DNA of 64,000 nucleotides from Alphaproteobacteria bacterium (GTDB lineage Bacteria; Pseudomonadota; Alphaproteobacteria; UBA2136; UBA6156): NCBI GenBank assembly GCA_027485835.1, contig JAIXQG010000002.1, positions 880,681 to 944,680 of the forward strand, read 5' to 3'. Shown piece by piece: positions 54,777 to 64,000 of this stretch (position 1 is its first letter; each line of letters starts with the position of its first letter). The notes under the pieces were generated by a model. It saw only the letters and a program-made list of their open reading frames with translations, ran no database searches and was not told where the DNA came from. The position numbers and the translations under genes were made by a program.

Positions 54777-55469
54777 ATGGAAACCGTAACTTTGACGACA
54801 GGAACCGGTAAGGAATTTGTCGGACACGTGGCCCGCCCCAAGGGTGAGTTTGCCGGTGAGGTAAAAGGCTGTGTGGTGGTGCTGCATGAGGCGTTTGGTG
54901 TGACGGCGCACATCAAGCGTGTGTGCGAGGATTTTGCGGGGCAAGGCTATGTGGCGATTGCCCCCGCCATGCTGGCGTTTGCTATGGAGAAGGCGGAGGG
55001 TGTGGTTCTGCCGATTAACAAGAAGGGGCTGGATGAAGCGCGGCGCCTGATTGAGGCGACCGAGCGCGCCGATATTGTAAGTATGCTTGCGGCATGCGTG
55101 GCGTGGGGCAAGGGGCAAAACCTGAGTGTGGCACTCTGTGGGTACTGCTGGGGCGGTAGCGTTGCCTATATGGGCGCCAGTCATGTGGAAGGAATTGCTG
55201 CGTGCGTGAGCTATTATGGTGGGCAGTTGGCCAAGCTGACCGCCGAGGCGCAGCCCCGTTGCGCTACGTTGGTGCACCTTGCCACCCTTGACCAGTACAT
55301 ACCGCTGGAAGAGGCTGTAGAAGCCCTGAAACGGCATCATCCGGCCGCGCAGGTGCAGGTGTATGAGGCCGATCACGGCTTTAATCGGGACGATGGCGTG
55401 ACGTATGATCCCGGTGTGGCGCTTGTTGCGCGCAGGCTCACTTTGGATGTGATTCAGCAAAATATGTAA
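54777..55469 (+). CDS. Dienelactone hydrolase family protein
   Basis: DLH pattern with GYCWGG nucleophile elbow. Confidence 0.75.
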   Translation: METVTLTTGTGKEFVGHVARPKGEFAGEVKGCVVVLHEAFGVTAHIKRVCEDFAGQGYVAIAPAMLAFAMEKAEGVVLPINKKGLDEARRLIEATERADIVSMLAACVAWGKGQNLSVALCGYCWGGSVAYMGASHVEGIAACVSYYGGQLAKLTAEAQPRCATLVHLATLDQYIPLEEAVEALKRHHPAAQVQVYEADHGFNRDDGVTYDPGVALVARRLTLDVIQQNM

Positions 55470-55556
55470 TGAATACAAAATATTAGTAACGTCTTGCCAA
55501 ATGGGTGGCCTTAGGCTAACCATGTCGGTATCAAATTAAAGGAAAGTGAATTCAGG

Positions 55557-55799
55557 ATGGCCGACGATATTGCAAGCCGCGTAAAGCAACTCGTGGTGGA
55601 AAACCTTGGTGTTGACGAAGGTAAAGTAGTTGAAACTGCTAACTTTGTAGATGACCTGGGTGCCGACAGCCTGGACACCGTGCAGCTGGTTATGGCTTTG
55701 GAAGATGAGTTTGGTATTGAGATTCCGGACTCTGACGCTGAAGGTATTCTGACCGTGAAGAACGCAATCGACTACGTCGAATCTGCGACTGCCGCCTAA
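55557..55799 (+). CDS. acpP: Acyl carrier protein
   Basis: [21 protein letters not shown]. Confidence 0.9.
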   Translation: MADDIASRVKQLVVENLGVDEGKVVETANFVDDLGADSLDTVQLVMALEDEFGIEIPDSDAEGILTVKNAIDYVESATAA

Positions 55800-55820
55800 G
55801 GTAAGTTTGAGTTTCTACTC

Positions 55821-57059
55821 ATGGCCAAACACACTGTTGTTGTAACGGGAATGGGGGCGGTTAGCCCCCTTGGCCTTGATGTAGGCCAACTTTGGGACGG
55901 GCTGATGGCGGGTAAGACCGGGATTGGGCCGATTACGCATTTTGATGCCAGTGCTTACGCCTGCCGCGTGGCAGGTGAGGTGAAGGGGTTTGATCCTGCT
56001 GCTTCCGGCTTGGATGTGAAGGATTACAAGAAGTGCGACCGCTTTATTCTGCTAGGCCTTGCTGCCGTGCGTGAAGCCATGGCGCAGGCCGGTTTGCTGA
56101 ACGTCAAGGATATGCCGGAAGAGGCACGTCAGCGTATGGGCGTGGTGCTGGGTACCGGTATTGGCGGCTTAAGCAGCATTGAAGATGCCAAGGACGTGGT
56201 GACAAACCGTGGGCCGAGCCGGATTTCGCCGTTCTTTATTCCCGCCATGTTGCCGAACATGTTGGCGGGTCAGGCGAGTATTTTGTATGGCCTGCAAGGT
56301 CCGAACATCTGCCCCGTAAGTGCCTGTGCCACCAGTGCGCACGCGATTGGCTGGGGCAAACGCATGATTGAGTATGGTGAAGCGGACCTTGTGGTTGTGG
56401 GTGGTGCGGAAGCAACCGTATGCCCGAGCAGCATGGGTGGTTTTGCCAGCATGAAGGCGCTTTCCATGGGGTATAACGACGCCCCCGAGAAGGCGAGCCG
56501 GCCGTTTGACAAAGATCGTGATGGATTCCTTCTGAGTGAAGGGGCTGCTGTGCTGGTGCTGGAAAGTGAAGCACATGCCAAGGCGCGTGGTGCTAAGATT
56601 CTCGGCAAAATTGCCGGTTTTGGGCAGACGGCCGATGCGGGCCATATGACCCTTGCTGATGGTAAGGGCAGTGGCCGTGCGATGACCTTGGCGCTGACCG
56701 ATGCCGGTATGACGGCGGCGGATGTGGGCTACGTGAACGCCCACGCCACCAGCACCCCGATGGGTGATGATTTGGAAGGTGCTGCGTTGGCGGCTATGTT
56801 TGGCAACACGGTGCCGGTGAGCTCGACCAAGGGTGCTACTGGCCACCTGTTGGGTGCGGCTGGCGCGATTGAGGTGGTTATTAGCCTGAAGGCGCTGGAA
56901 ACCCAGACGCTGCCGCACACGGTGAACCTTGAGAATCCCGGTGTGGAAGGGCTGGACCTTGTGATGGGTTCTCCGCGCAAGGTGGAGGGGGTGAAGGCGG
57001 TTGTTTCCAACTCGTTTGGGTTTGGCGGGACCAATGCCAGTCTTGTGGTTAGCTTATAG
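55821..57059 (+). CDS. fabF: 3-oxoacyl-ACP synthase II
   Basis: Full-length KAS II with active-site Cys/His/His. Confidence 0.95.
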   Translation: MAKHTVVVTGMGAVSPLGLDVGQLWDGLMAGKTGIGPITHFDASAYACRVAGEVKGFDPAASGLDVKDYKKCDRFILLGLAAVREAMAQAGLLNVKDMPEEARQRMGVVLGTGIGGLSSIEDAKDVVTNRGPSRISPFFIPAMLPNMLAGQASILYGLQGPNICPVSACATSAHAIGWGKRMIEYGEADLVVVGGAEATVCPSSMGGFASMKALSMGYNDAPEKASRPFDKDRDGFLLSEGAAVLVLESEAHAKARGAKILGKIAGFGQTADAGHMTLADGKGSGRAMTLALTDAGMTAADVGYVNAHATSTPMGDDLEGAALAAMFGNTVPVSSTKGATGHLLGAAGAIEVVISLKALETQTLPHTVNLENPGVEGLDLVMGSPRKVEGVKAVVSNSFGFGGTNASLVVSL

Positions 57060-57073
57060 TTTTCCGCATTTTT

Positions 57074-57098
57074 AGCCCCGCCTTTGGCGGGGTTTTTT
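57074..57098 (+). terminator. Rho-independent terminator after fabF
   Basis: agccccgcctttggcggggtttttt. Confidence 0.7.
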
Positions 57099-57173
57099 GT
57101 GCGCTGCAAAGTGGGTGTCTGTACGGTGGGCAGGTTGCTTGTGTGGGGCAGGGGTGTGGGGCAGACTGTGGGT

Positions 57174-58223
57174 ATGAAATATTCGACTGGTACGCTTGTT
57201 GTTGTGGGAATTCTGGTATTAGGCCTGATTACGGCCGTAACCGGTGGTGTGGGAGTTTACATGGCCCAGCATGGCCCGCTGGAGGCTCCGGTAAAGGTGA
57301 TTGTGGATCAAGGTATGGGCGTGCGTGCGATTGCCAGTCGGCTTGAACAGGCGAACGTGATTGCACACCAAGATGCGTTTGTGGTGATGGTGAAGGCGAC
57401 CGGTATGGCGGGTACGCTGAAGGCCGGTGAGTATGCCTTTGAGCCAGGGATTAGCCTGCGCGCGGTGGTGAATAAGCTGGCGCTGGGTGACACGGAAAAC
57501 CGCAGTGTGACCATACCTGAAGGGTGGACGGTTAAGCAGGCGATTGACCGTTTGGAAGCGGTGGAAGGTTTGACCGGCCATGCTGTGCGGCCGGAAGAGG
57601 GGAAGATTTTCCCCGATACCTATGCCTTTCGGTTTGGAGCCGACCGTGCCAAGGTTTTGGAAACCATGACCAGCCGCATGGAGAAGGAGCTGGCCGATGC
57701 GTGGGCTGCGCGTGATACGACGCTGCCGCTGAAGAGCCCGGAAGAGTTGCTGATTTTGGCGAGTATTGTGCAAAAAGAGGCCGCCAACGATGACGAAATG
57801 CCTATGATTGCCGCCGTGTTTTACAACCGCTTGAACAAGGGTATGCGTTTGCAAAGCGACCCGACCGTGATGTACGGCGCCGAGCTGGATGGCGACCGTT
57901 TGAAGCGCAAGGATCTGACCGAGCCGCATCCGTTTAACACCTACCTGTTTGCGGGTTTGCCGCCGACGCCGATTTCCAACCCCGGACGTGCGGCGCTGAT
58001 GGCGGTGGCGCGTCCGGCACGGACGGAGGCGATCTTCTTTGTAGCCGACCCCAGCCTGACCATGCACGTGTTTAGCGCGACCTACGAGGAGCATAAGCGC
58101 AATGTGGCTCGGTACTGGAAAGACGTGAAGAAGACCTTGCAGCCCAAAGCAGTGGCGAATGTGATTGAGGGGGCTTTGGTTACCCCGACAAACGTGGTAA
58201 GTGCCACGGCAAAGGAGATTTAA
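57174..58223 (+). CDS. mltG: Endolytic murein transglycosylase MltG (YceG-like)
   Basis: N-terminal TM, YceG domain, conserved order after fabF. Confidence 0.8.
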   Translation: MKYSTGTLVVVGILVLGLITAVTGGVGVYMAQHGPLEAPVKVIVDQGMGVRAIASRLEQANVIAHQDAFVVMVKATGMAGTLKAGEYAFEPGISLRAVVNKLALGDTENRSVTIPEGWTVKQAIDRLEAVEGLTGHAVRPEEGKIFPDTYAFRFGADRAKVLETMTSRMEKELADAWAARDTTLPLKSPEELLILASIVQKEAANDDEMPMIAAVFYNRLNKGMRLQSDPTVMYGAELDGDRLKRKDLTEPHPFNTYLFAGLPPTPISNPGRAALMAVARPARTEAIFFVADPSLTMHVFSATYEEHKRNVARYWKDVKKTLQPKAVANVIEGALVTPTNVVSATAKEI

Positions 58224-58227
58224 CCCC

Positions 58228-58872
58228 ATGCCGACCTCTGTAAAAGAACGCCCGATGCTAATTACCCTGACCGGCCCGAGTGGTACCGGTAAGAGTGCAG
58301 TGATTAGTGCGTTGCTTTCGCAGGACCCGAAATTGCGTCGGTTTGTGACGGCCACCACCCGCACCCCGCGCCCCGGTGAGGAGCATGGCCGCGATTATTA
58401 TTTTATGGAGCGCGGTGAGTTTGAAGCTGGCGTGGCCAAGGGTGAGTTTTTGGAGCACAACCCCAACTACAACGGCAACATGTACGGTACGCCCCGATGG
58501 GAAGTGGAGCGGTTATTTGAAGAAGGCTGCGACGTGATTTCGGACATCAACGCCATTGGCGTGCGGTTGTTTGAAGCGGCGATGCCGAAGCGTATTTTCA
58601 AACTGCTAATTTTGCCGCCGAACCGCGAGCGGTTGGAGCAGCGCCTGACCAAGCGCAACCCCGAATTGGCCGATGAAGGCCGTGCGCGTTTGCAGCAGCT
58701 GGAAGCCGATATGGATAACCTGCACAACCCCAGCTATGTGTTTACCAACCCCGACATGATTGGCACCACCTACGGCGACTATGACGTTGTGTTGGTTAAC
58801 GATGTGCTGGAACACACCGTGGCGGAAGTGGCCAAGGTGATTACCAACGAACGTGCCAAGCGTGGGCAATGA
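58228..58872 (+). CDS. gmk: Guanylate kinase
   Basis: GPSGTGKS ... TTRTPRPGEEHGRDYYF. Confidence 0.9.
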   Translation: MPTSVKERPMLITLTGPSGTGKSAVISALLSQDPKLRRFVTATTRTPRPGEEHGRDYYFMERGEFEAGVAKGEFLEHNPNYNGNMYGTPRWEVERLFEEGCDVISDINAIGVRLFEAAMPKRIFKLLILPPNRERLEQRLTKRNPELADEGRARLQQLEADMDNLHNPSYVFTNPDMIGTTYGDYDVVLVNDVLEHTVAEVAKVITNERAKRGQ

Positions 58873-58888
58873 GTTTGCCACATACCGT

Positions 58889-59650
58889 ATGTTAGCCCGA
58901 GGGCTGGCCTTCGGGCTGGCTTTTTTGGTGATGGGCTGTGCGATGGTGCCGCCGTTTAACCGCCAGCAGGTGGTGGCGCGTGGGCCGCAACCGCCGGAGG
59001 TGTTGAGTAGTAACTCGACCCGTGGTTTGCAGCCGTGCCCGCCGCCGCTTATCCAGCAAACCCAATGGCTGGCGCGGAATATGGCGCGCCTAAGGCTGGG
59101 TTTTAACAAATTGCAGACCGTGAGCATTGTGGGGGCGCCTGCCCATGCCGAGACGTTTCAGCTCGCCAACGGTGCCGTGATTGAAGTGCTGTTTTACCAC
59201 ACCCCTGAAACCATTTGCCGCGTGCAGGCGAGCCTTGGCGCGCAGGTGGAAGGGCTGATGCCGATGGTGTTTCAGGATGACCGTTTGATTGGCTATGGCC
59301 CTAATTATTACCGCGATTTTATTGTGCCGATGGTACGGCCGAAAGCGGTGCAGGCCAGTGCCACGGCGGATTTTATACCCACTACCGAAGTGATGGGAGC
59401 TGTGCCGCAACCGCGTGTGGAGATGCGGGAAGCCGAAGCCCTGCGCCCCGCGCCCGCCCGTACCGGACGCTGGCAGCAGGAAGATTTGCCCACACCCCCT
59501 ACCTCGAATTACCGTACCCCCTCTGGCCGTGGAGACGGGAATGGATATACTGGCGGCATGGACACAGACATGCATCCGGTCGGTTATTATGAGTCGCCCT
59601 CTCAGGGGTCATCTGTACCCGTGCGTTTAGGGCGCGGAGAACCGTTGTAA
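58889..59650 (+). CDS. Lipoprotein, hypothetical
   Basis: Signal peptide ending LVMGC. Confidence 0.5.
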   Translation: MLARGLAFGLAFLVMGCAMVPPFNRQQVVARGPQPPEVLSSNSTRGLQPCPPPLIQQTQWLARNMARLRLGFNKLQTVSIVGAPAHAETFQLANGAVIEVLFYHTPETICRVQASLGAQVEGLMPMVFQDDRLIGYGPNYYRDFIVPMVRPKAVQASATADFIPTTEVMGAVPQPRVEMREAEALRPAPARTGRWQQEDLPTPPTSNYRTPSGRGDGNGYTGGMDTDMHPVGYYESPSQGSSVPVRLGRGEPL

Positions 59651-60069
59651 TGAGCCGTGTGGGACAGATTGCCGCCTGCCTGATGGTGAGTGTGGTGGTA
59701 TTAGCTGGTTGCGGCCGTACGGCCATGCCTTTGAAAAGCAATAACGGTGGTTGTGTGAGCATGGCCGATACCGTGAAAACCCTGCGTGTGGGCGACGAGT
59801 TGCCGCGCGTGGTTCAGGTTTTGGGAATGCCGAGCCGCGGGTACCGGGCCTATAGCCCGTTTGGCAAAATGTACGACGTGATTGAATATGATATTACCCC
59901 TTCGGCTTGCTACAAAGTGATGCTGGGTGCCGATGACAAGGTTCAGGTTTATTTTGATAAGGAAGGTAAATATGTGGGTACCGGTGGCGTAACCGCGCAT
60001 AAAATGCGGCGTGTGACGACGGTGCGTATTGAGCCCTTTGTGTTGGATCCGGTGGTGTTGCGTCCATGA
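59650..60069 (+). CDS. Lipoprotein, hypothetical (ATGA-coupled to flanking genes)
   Basis: Lipobox VLAGC. Confidence 0.5.
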   Translation: MSRVGQIAACLMVSVVVLAGCGRTAMPLKSNNGGCVSMADTVKTLRVGDELPRVVQVLGMPSRGYRAYSPFGKMYDVIEYDITPSACYKVMLGADDKVQVYFDKEGKYVGTGGVTAHKMRRVTTVRIEPFVLDPVVLRP

Positions 60070-60518
60070 TGAGTCTTCGGTTGTTTGTGTGTGGGATGGC
60101 TGTGGCTCTGGTGGGCTGTGGTTCGAGCCAGAAAGAGCTTCAGCGTGAGGCGGAGCTGGCCAAATGCCCACCCGAGGCCGTGCAGGTTGTGCGTGCCAAC
60201 CAGATATTTTTGGAGCAAGAGGTAGAGCTGTTTAAGACGCCTGCCAAAGAGCTTTCCAAGCGCAAGGGGATTTACCGTGCTGCGACCGTGAGCCGCGAGG
60301 GTGTGACCCAGGATGCGGTGTTTTTGGTGACCAACATGAAGAGCTGCGCGTGGGTAGCCTCTGGCTGGGACAGCCTGACGCCGGTGATGGTGCAGGATGG
60401 TGTGATTGTAGGCGTGGGTAGCCAGACCTTGCGGGATATGACCGGGCAGGGCTGGGTGATTAAAGAATCGACATGGCCTTGGCAGCGCTATGATTTTGGG
60501 TATCTGCCTAAAAAGTAA
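60066..60518 (+). CDS. Lipoprotein, hypothetical
   Basis: Lipobox LVGC. Confidence 0.5.
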   Translation: MMSLRLFVCGMAVALVGCGSSQKELQREAELAKCPPEAVQVVRANQIFLEQEVELFKTPAKELSKRKGIYRAATVSREGVTQDAVFLVTNMKSCAWVASGWDSLTPVMVQDGVIVGVGSQTLRDMTGQGWVIKESTWPWQRYDFGYLPKK

Positions 60519-60660
60519 CGGCTGGCCGAGTTGTTGGACAGCGTGTTTGACAAGGTAGGAGTTTGCTTACAAGCCCGCAGGAGGTGCTTGACAGGCTTTG
60601 CTTTTTTGGGCACAAGGCTGGTGTTTTCCACATAACCCCAACAGGACAAGGGATTATTCC

Positions 60661-61089
60661 ATGACCGTACAACGCACCCTCAGCATCATCAAGCCGGATG
60701 CCGTAAAGAAGAACGTACTGGGCCAGATCGTCAGCCGTTTTGAGCAAAATGGCCTGAAGGTTGTTGCTCTGAAGAAGATGCACCTGACCGCCCAAACCGC
60801 CGGTGAATTTTATGCTGAACACAAAGAGCGTCCGTTCTTTGGTGAGCTTGTAGACTTCATGACCAGCGGTGCTTGCTACCCGCTCGTTCTGGAAGGCGAA
60901 AATGCCATTCTGAAGAACCGCGAACTGATGGGCGCTACCAACCCGACCAAGGCTGAAGCTGGCACCATCCGCCATGATTTTGCCCTGCCGTGCACCGACC
61001 TTTCTGCCAACGCCGTACACGGCAGCGACAGCGAAGCGAGCGCCGCGCGCGAAATCGCCTTCTTCTTCGGCAGCGCCGAGCTTCTGTAG
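60661..61089 (+). CDS. ndk: Nucleoside diphosphate kinase
   Basis: RTLSIIKPD ... NAVHGSDS. Confidence 0.9.
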   Translation: MTVQRTLSIIKPDAVKKNVLGQIVSRFEQNGLKVVALKKMHLTAQTAGEFYAEHKERPFFGELVDFMTSGACYPLVLEGENAILKNRELMGATNPTKAEAGTIRHDFALPCTDLSANAVHGSDSEASAAREIAFFFGSAELL

Positions 61090-61141
61090 GGCTTACGAAG
61101 CACTCACAAGGTATTGCACCCAACCGTAAATGGGGCATGAT

Positions 61142-61166
61142 GGGGCTCTGATAAGGAGCCCTTTTT
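61142..61166 (+). terminator. Hairpin after ndk whose 3' arm contains the AAGGAG RBS of the next gene
   Basis: ggggctctgataaggagcccttttt then c ATG. Confidence 0.45.
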
Positions 61167-61167
61167 C

Positions 61168-62109
61168 ATGCGCTTTGGTAAGATGTTTGTGGTAGCTGGC
61201 TTAACGCTGTGTGCGTCGGCCTCGTTCGCGCTGGATGTGAATCCGGTAGAGAGCGGGATTGGTGAAGAGAGTTTGGCTCCGGCACCGGTAGCGCCGCGCG
61301 TGAGCGCCGGACCTGCCATGGCCAGCCCCACTGTTGCCGCGAGCAGCAGTGTGCCGGTTGCGGCGGATGTGTTTAGCGTGAAGGGAATTGTTGTGACCCT
61401 TTCTGATACCAGCGGTTTTGACCGCGATGCGGCATTGGAGAAGGGTGCGCGTGCGAGCCTTCCCACCGTGCTGACAAGCCTTGGCCTGAAGCCCGAGGAA
61501 GCCGAGAAGAAAGTGAAGAGCCTTGGCAGCGCCATGCGCTTTGTGAAGGGCTACAAGGTGGTGAAAGAGAGTTTGATACCGAGCTATAGCCTGACTGCAG
61601 ATATTAGCTTTAACGAAGCGATGATACGGAAGAACTTTGGCGGTTTGGCCAAACCGCAAGTTGCGGCACCGGCGAACGTCGGGTTGGAGGGGGAGGTGGA
61701 TCTCTCTACCCCGATTGATGAGGTGGTGGAGGATACCCGACCGATTAAGCAATGGATTGTGCGGATTACCGATAGCAACCCTGCGAGTGTGGACAAGGTG
61801 CGGGCGAATTTGAACCGTCAGGCTTCGACGAAAGCCGTGTACCGCTTATTGACCAGTGAAGGTGCTGAGTTGCTGGTGGATACGCCACTGGATGCTGCGC
61901 AGGTGAAGAACTCTGCGGGTATGGATGTGCAGGTTATTGATATGGCCGCGGTGGCGCCGGCGGTTTCGGCCACAGTGGTGCCCGGTGTGCCGGTACGGGC
62001 GGAAACCGTGCCTGCGGCCAACCCCGCGGCAAGCTGGCAGGGCACGGATGAACAGCCGGTGGAAGCCCAGGAGCCCGCGCGCCCGATGATGCCCTGGAGC
62101 CGTTACTAA
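61168..62109 (+). CDS. Secreted hypothetical protein (313 aa)
   Basis: Signal peptide MRFGKMFVVAGLTLCASASFA. Confidence 0.5.
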   Translation: MRFGKMFVVAGLTLCASASFALDVNPVESGIGEESLAPAPVAPRVSAGPAMASPTVAASSSVPVAADVFSVKGIVVTLSDTSGFDRDAALEKGARASLPTVLTSLGLKPEEAEKKVKSLGSAMRFVKGYKVVKESLIPSYSLTADISFNEAMIRKNFGGLAKPQVAAPANVGLEGEVDLSTPIDEVVEDTRPIKQWIVRITDSNPASVDKVRANLNRQASTKAVYRLLTSEGAELLVDTPLDAAQVKNSAGMDVQVIDMAAVAPAVSATVVPGVPVRAETVPAANPAASWQGTDEQPVEAQEPARPMMPWSRY

Positions 62110-62112
62110 TTT

Positions 62113-62688
62113 ATGCGTCAGCTGCTGCTCGATATCACGGCGCTGCCGCGCTACCACGCCAGCCGTTGGTTGACGACCGACGGCACGCGCGCGGCGGAGG
62201 AGGCTTTGCAGCGTGGTGAGATGTGTGTGTGCCTGTACGGGCCTGCGGGGGGCGGCAAAAGCCATATGCTGGCTTTAGCGGCCAGCCGTGGCGCGGTGGT
62301 GGGCGACCGTTTGGAAGAGATGCCGATTGAGAGCCAAGAGCGGATTTTCCATGCCATTAATGCCAAGGTGCCGGTGGTGGTAGCGAGTAATTTGCCGGTG
62401 GCGCAGATTGAGACGTTGTTGCCGGATTTGAAAAGCCGCTTGCTGACGGGAGCCCAGATTGAAGTATTACCGCCGACGGATGACGATTTGCGGGCGTTGC
62501 TCAAGCACTGGGCGGAGGTGATGCAGTTAAGCTTGCCAGACGCGGTGGTGGATTACATTCTGGCGCGTGCCGCACGCAGCACCCATGAGCTTGCAAGCCT
62601 GATGGCGCGACTGGATGCCTTGAGTTTGGAACAGAAGCGTGCGGTGACGGTTCCGCTTGCACGGGCGGTGTTGGAAGCTGAAGATTAG
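62113..62688 (+). CDS. hdaA: DnaA-related AAA+ protein Hda/HdaA (regulatory inactivation of DnaA)
   Basis: Walker A YGPAGGGKSHML. DnaA domain III-like. Confidence 0.7.
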   Translation: MRQLLLDITALPRYHASRWLTTDGTRAAEEALQRGEMCVCLYGPAGGGKSHMLALAASRGAVVGDRLEEMPIESQERIFHAINAKVPVVVASNLPVAQIETLLPDLKSRLLTGAQIEVLPPTDDDLRALLKHWAEVMQLSLPDAVVDYILARAARSTHELASLMARLDALSLEQKRAVTVPLARAVLEAED

Positions 62689-62744
62689 CGGATAGACGTA
62701 TCCGGACTGAAATGATTTTTTGAGTTTAAAATAGGGGAATAACA

Positions 62745-64000
62745 ATGAATAAACTCCTCACCCTTGTGATAGCTGTGGTGGTGGCGATGCCGGTTGTGGG
62801 TGTGGCGGCGCCTCGTAAGAATGTTCAAGATGTGCGTGTAACGTTCTCTAAAGCCGTGGAAAAGGCTGAGCCTGCGGTGGTGAATATTTATGCCGCGCGG
62901 GTGAATACGAATGTGCCGAAAACCGGTTTGCAAAACATGCCCGCCGTGGATGGCCGTATGCAGGAGCGCATTGCGCGCAGCCTTGGTAGTGGTGTGATTG
63001 TACGGAGCAGTGGTGTGGTGGTAACCAACCTGCACGTGATTGATGGTGCGCAGGCGATTAAGGTGGTGTTGAGTGACGGGCGCGAATTTTCTGCCAAGAA
63101 AGTAGGGCAGGACGAGAAGCTGGACCTTGCGATTTTGCAGATTTACCGTAGCAGTAACGAGGCTTTGCCCGCGGCTAAATTTGGCAACAGCGATAACTTA
63201 GCGGTAGGTGATGTGGTGTTGGCGATTGGTAACCCCTACGGGATTGGCCAGAGCGTGAGTTTTGGGATTGTGAGTGCGGTGGAGCGCAGTGCGATGCAGT
63301 TGAGCCCGTATGCGCGGTTTATCCAGACCGACGCGAGCATTAACCCCGGTAACAGTGGCGGGGCGTTGGTGGACAGCACTGGTGCCCTGGTGGGGATTAA
63401 TGCGGGTATTTTTAGTAAAAGTGGTGCGAGCAACGGGATTGGCTTTGCGATACCGGCCAGCCTTGTTGAGCGCGTGGTCAATGACATTACCACCAAGGGC
63501 ACCGTTGTGCGCCCGTGGTTTGGCGCCGAAGGCCAGATGGTAACCGAGATGAGTGCGCGGGAGGCGGGTTTGCAACGTGCGCAGGGTGTGCAAATTGCCT
63601 CGGTATTGCCCGGTAGCCCGGCGATGCGCGCGGGATTGCAGGCGGGGGATATTATTCTCTCTCTCGATGGCAATGCGATTGAAAACCCTGCCGATTTGAA
63701 TGAGCAGATTCTCGCGATGCCGAACCTGCTGAATAAGGATGCCAAGCTGGTGTACTGGCGTGGTGGCAAGCGAATTGATACGACCGTGACGCTGACCGCG
63801 CTGCCGGACCGCAAGACGGGGTCGCAGTTGCTCATTAAGGGCTATAATCCGATGAACAGCGTAAAGGTGGAAGAGCTGGGGCCGGCGCTGGCGGCGGAAT
63901 TGAAGCTACCGATGGGCACCAAAGGTGTGGTGGCGATTGACGTCCCCGGCGCGCCCGCGTTGGAGGCGTTTAGTATGCCGGTGGAGTATGGCGACCTGAT
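62745..64000 (+). CDS. Periplasmic serine endoprotease DegP/HtrA family (partial, continues beyond the window)
   Basis: Signal peptide, GNSGGAL catalytic Ser motif, PDZ region. Not in ORF track (no stop). Confidence 0.85.
   Translation, partial: MNKLLTLVIAVVVAMPVVGVAAPRKNVQDVRVTFSKAVEKAEPAVVNIYAARVNTNVPKTGLQNMPAVDGRMQERIARSLGSGVIVRSSGVVVTNLHVIDGAQAIKVVLSDGREFSAKKVGQDEKLDLAILQIYRSSNEALPAAKFGNSDNLAVGDVVLAIGNPYGIGQSVSFGIVSAVERSAMQLSPYARFIQTDASINPGNSGGALVDSTGALVGINAGIFSKSGASNGIGFAIPASLVERVVNDITTKGTVVRPWFGAEGQMVTEMSAREAGLQRAQGVQIASVLPGSPAMRAGLQAGDIILSLDGNAIENPADLNEQILAMPNLLNKDAKLVYWRGGKRIDTTVTLTALPDRKTGSQLLIKGYNPMNSVKVEELGPALAAELKLPMGTKGVVAIDVPGAPALEAFSMPVEYGDL

Noticed and set aside
1-64000. Searched for rRNA, tRNA and CRISPR arrays and for obvious transposase or integrase genes other than xerD
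   Set aside because: None found. No direct-repeat/spacer arrays and no clover-leaf candidates in intergenic regions. xerD is the housekeeping recombinase.

Overview
This is a 64-kb chromosomal segment with high GC (~60%), apparently from an alphaproteobacterium. Supporting evidence is an HdaA homologue, an RlmB with an N-terminal Arg/Gly repeat extension, a 100-aa L28, the fabD-fabG-acpP-fabF-mltG-gmk order and xerD-accA adjacency. Most of the window is housekeeping. It holds DNA repair and recombination genes (uvrC, ruvC, ruvA, ruvB, xerD), translation genes (tsf, rpmB, rpsF-rpsR-rplI, rlmB, rlmE, hpf), nucleotide metabolism (prs, pyrH, dut, gmk, ndk), replication (dnaB, hdaA), fatty-acid synthesis, rnhA, accA, anmK and a partial degP/htrA. 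Several accessory insertions sit between these. (1) Two tandem secreted peptidoglycan hydrolases (lysozyme-like and M23 peptidase) share near-identical N- and C-terminal modules, including a ~160-bp direct DNA repeat, and have foreign-looking codon usage. This is the most interesting candidate system. (2) An HNH endonuclease gene lies between orphan dppB-like and dppC-like permease genes. (3) An ANT(2'')/Lnu-like nucleotidyltransferase is translationally coupled inside a tsf-csaA-X-pyrH operon. (4) A low-GC3 cassette of three uncharacterised genes follows ruvB, each gene followed by a near-identical hairpin terminator. (5) A MITE/REP-like intergenic repeat family has three copies. (6) Four perfect TTATCCACA DnaA boxes lie in intergenic regions (upstream of uvrC (two, flanking an AT-rich stretch), ruvA and dnaB). 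(7) An 8-nt poly-G/C tract sits in a small membrane ORF that is translationally coupled to a carbamoyltransferase gene. (8) Two small secreted-protein genes share a conserved 5' leader, signal peptide and palindromic terminator. No rRNA, tRNA or CRISPR was detected.
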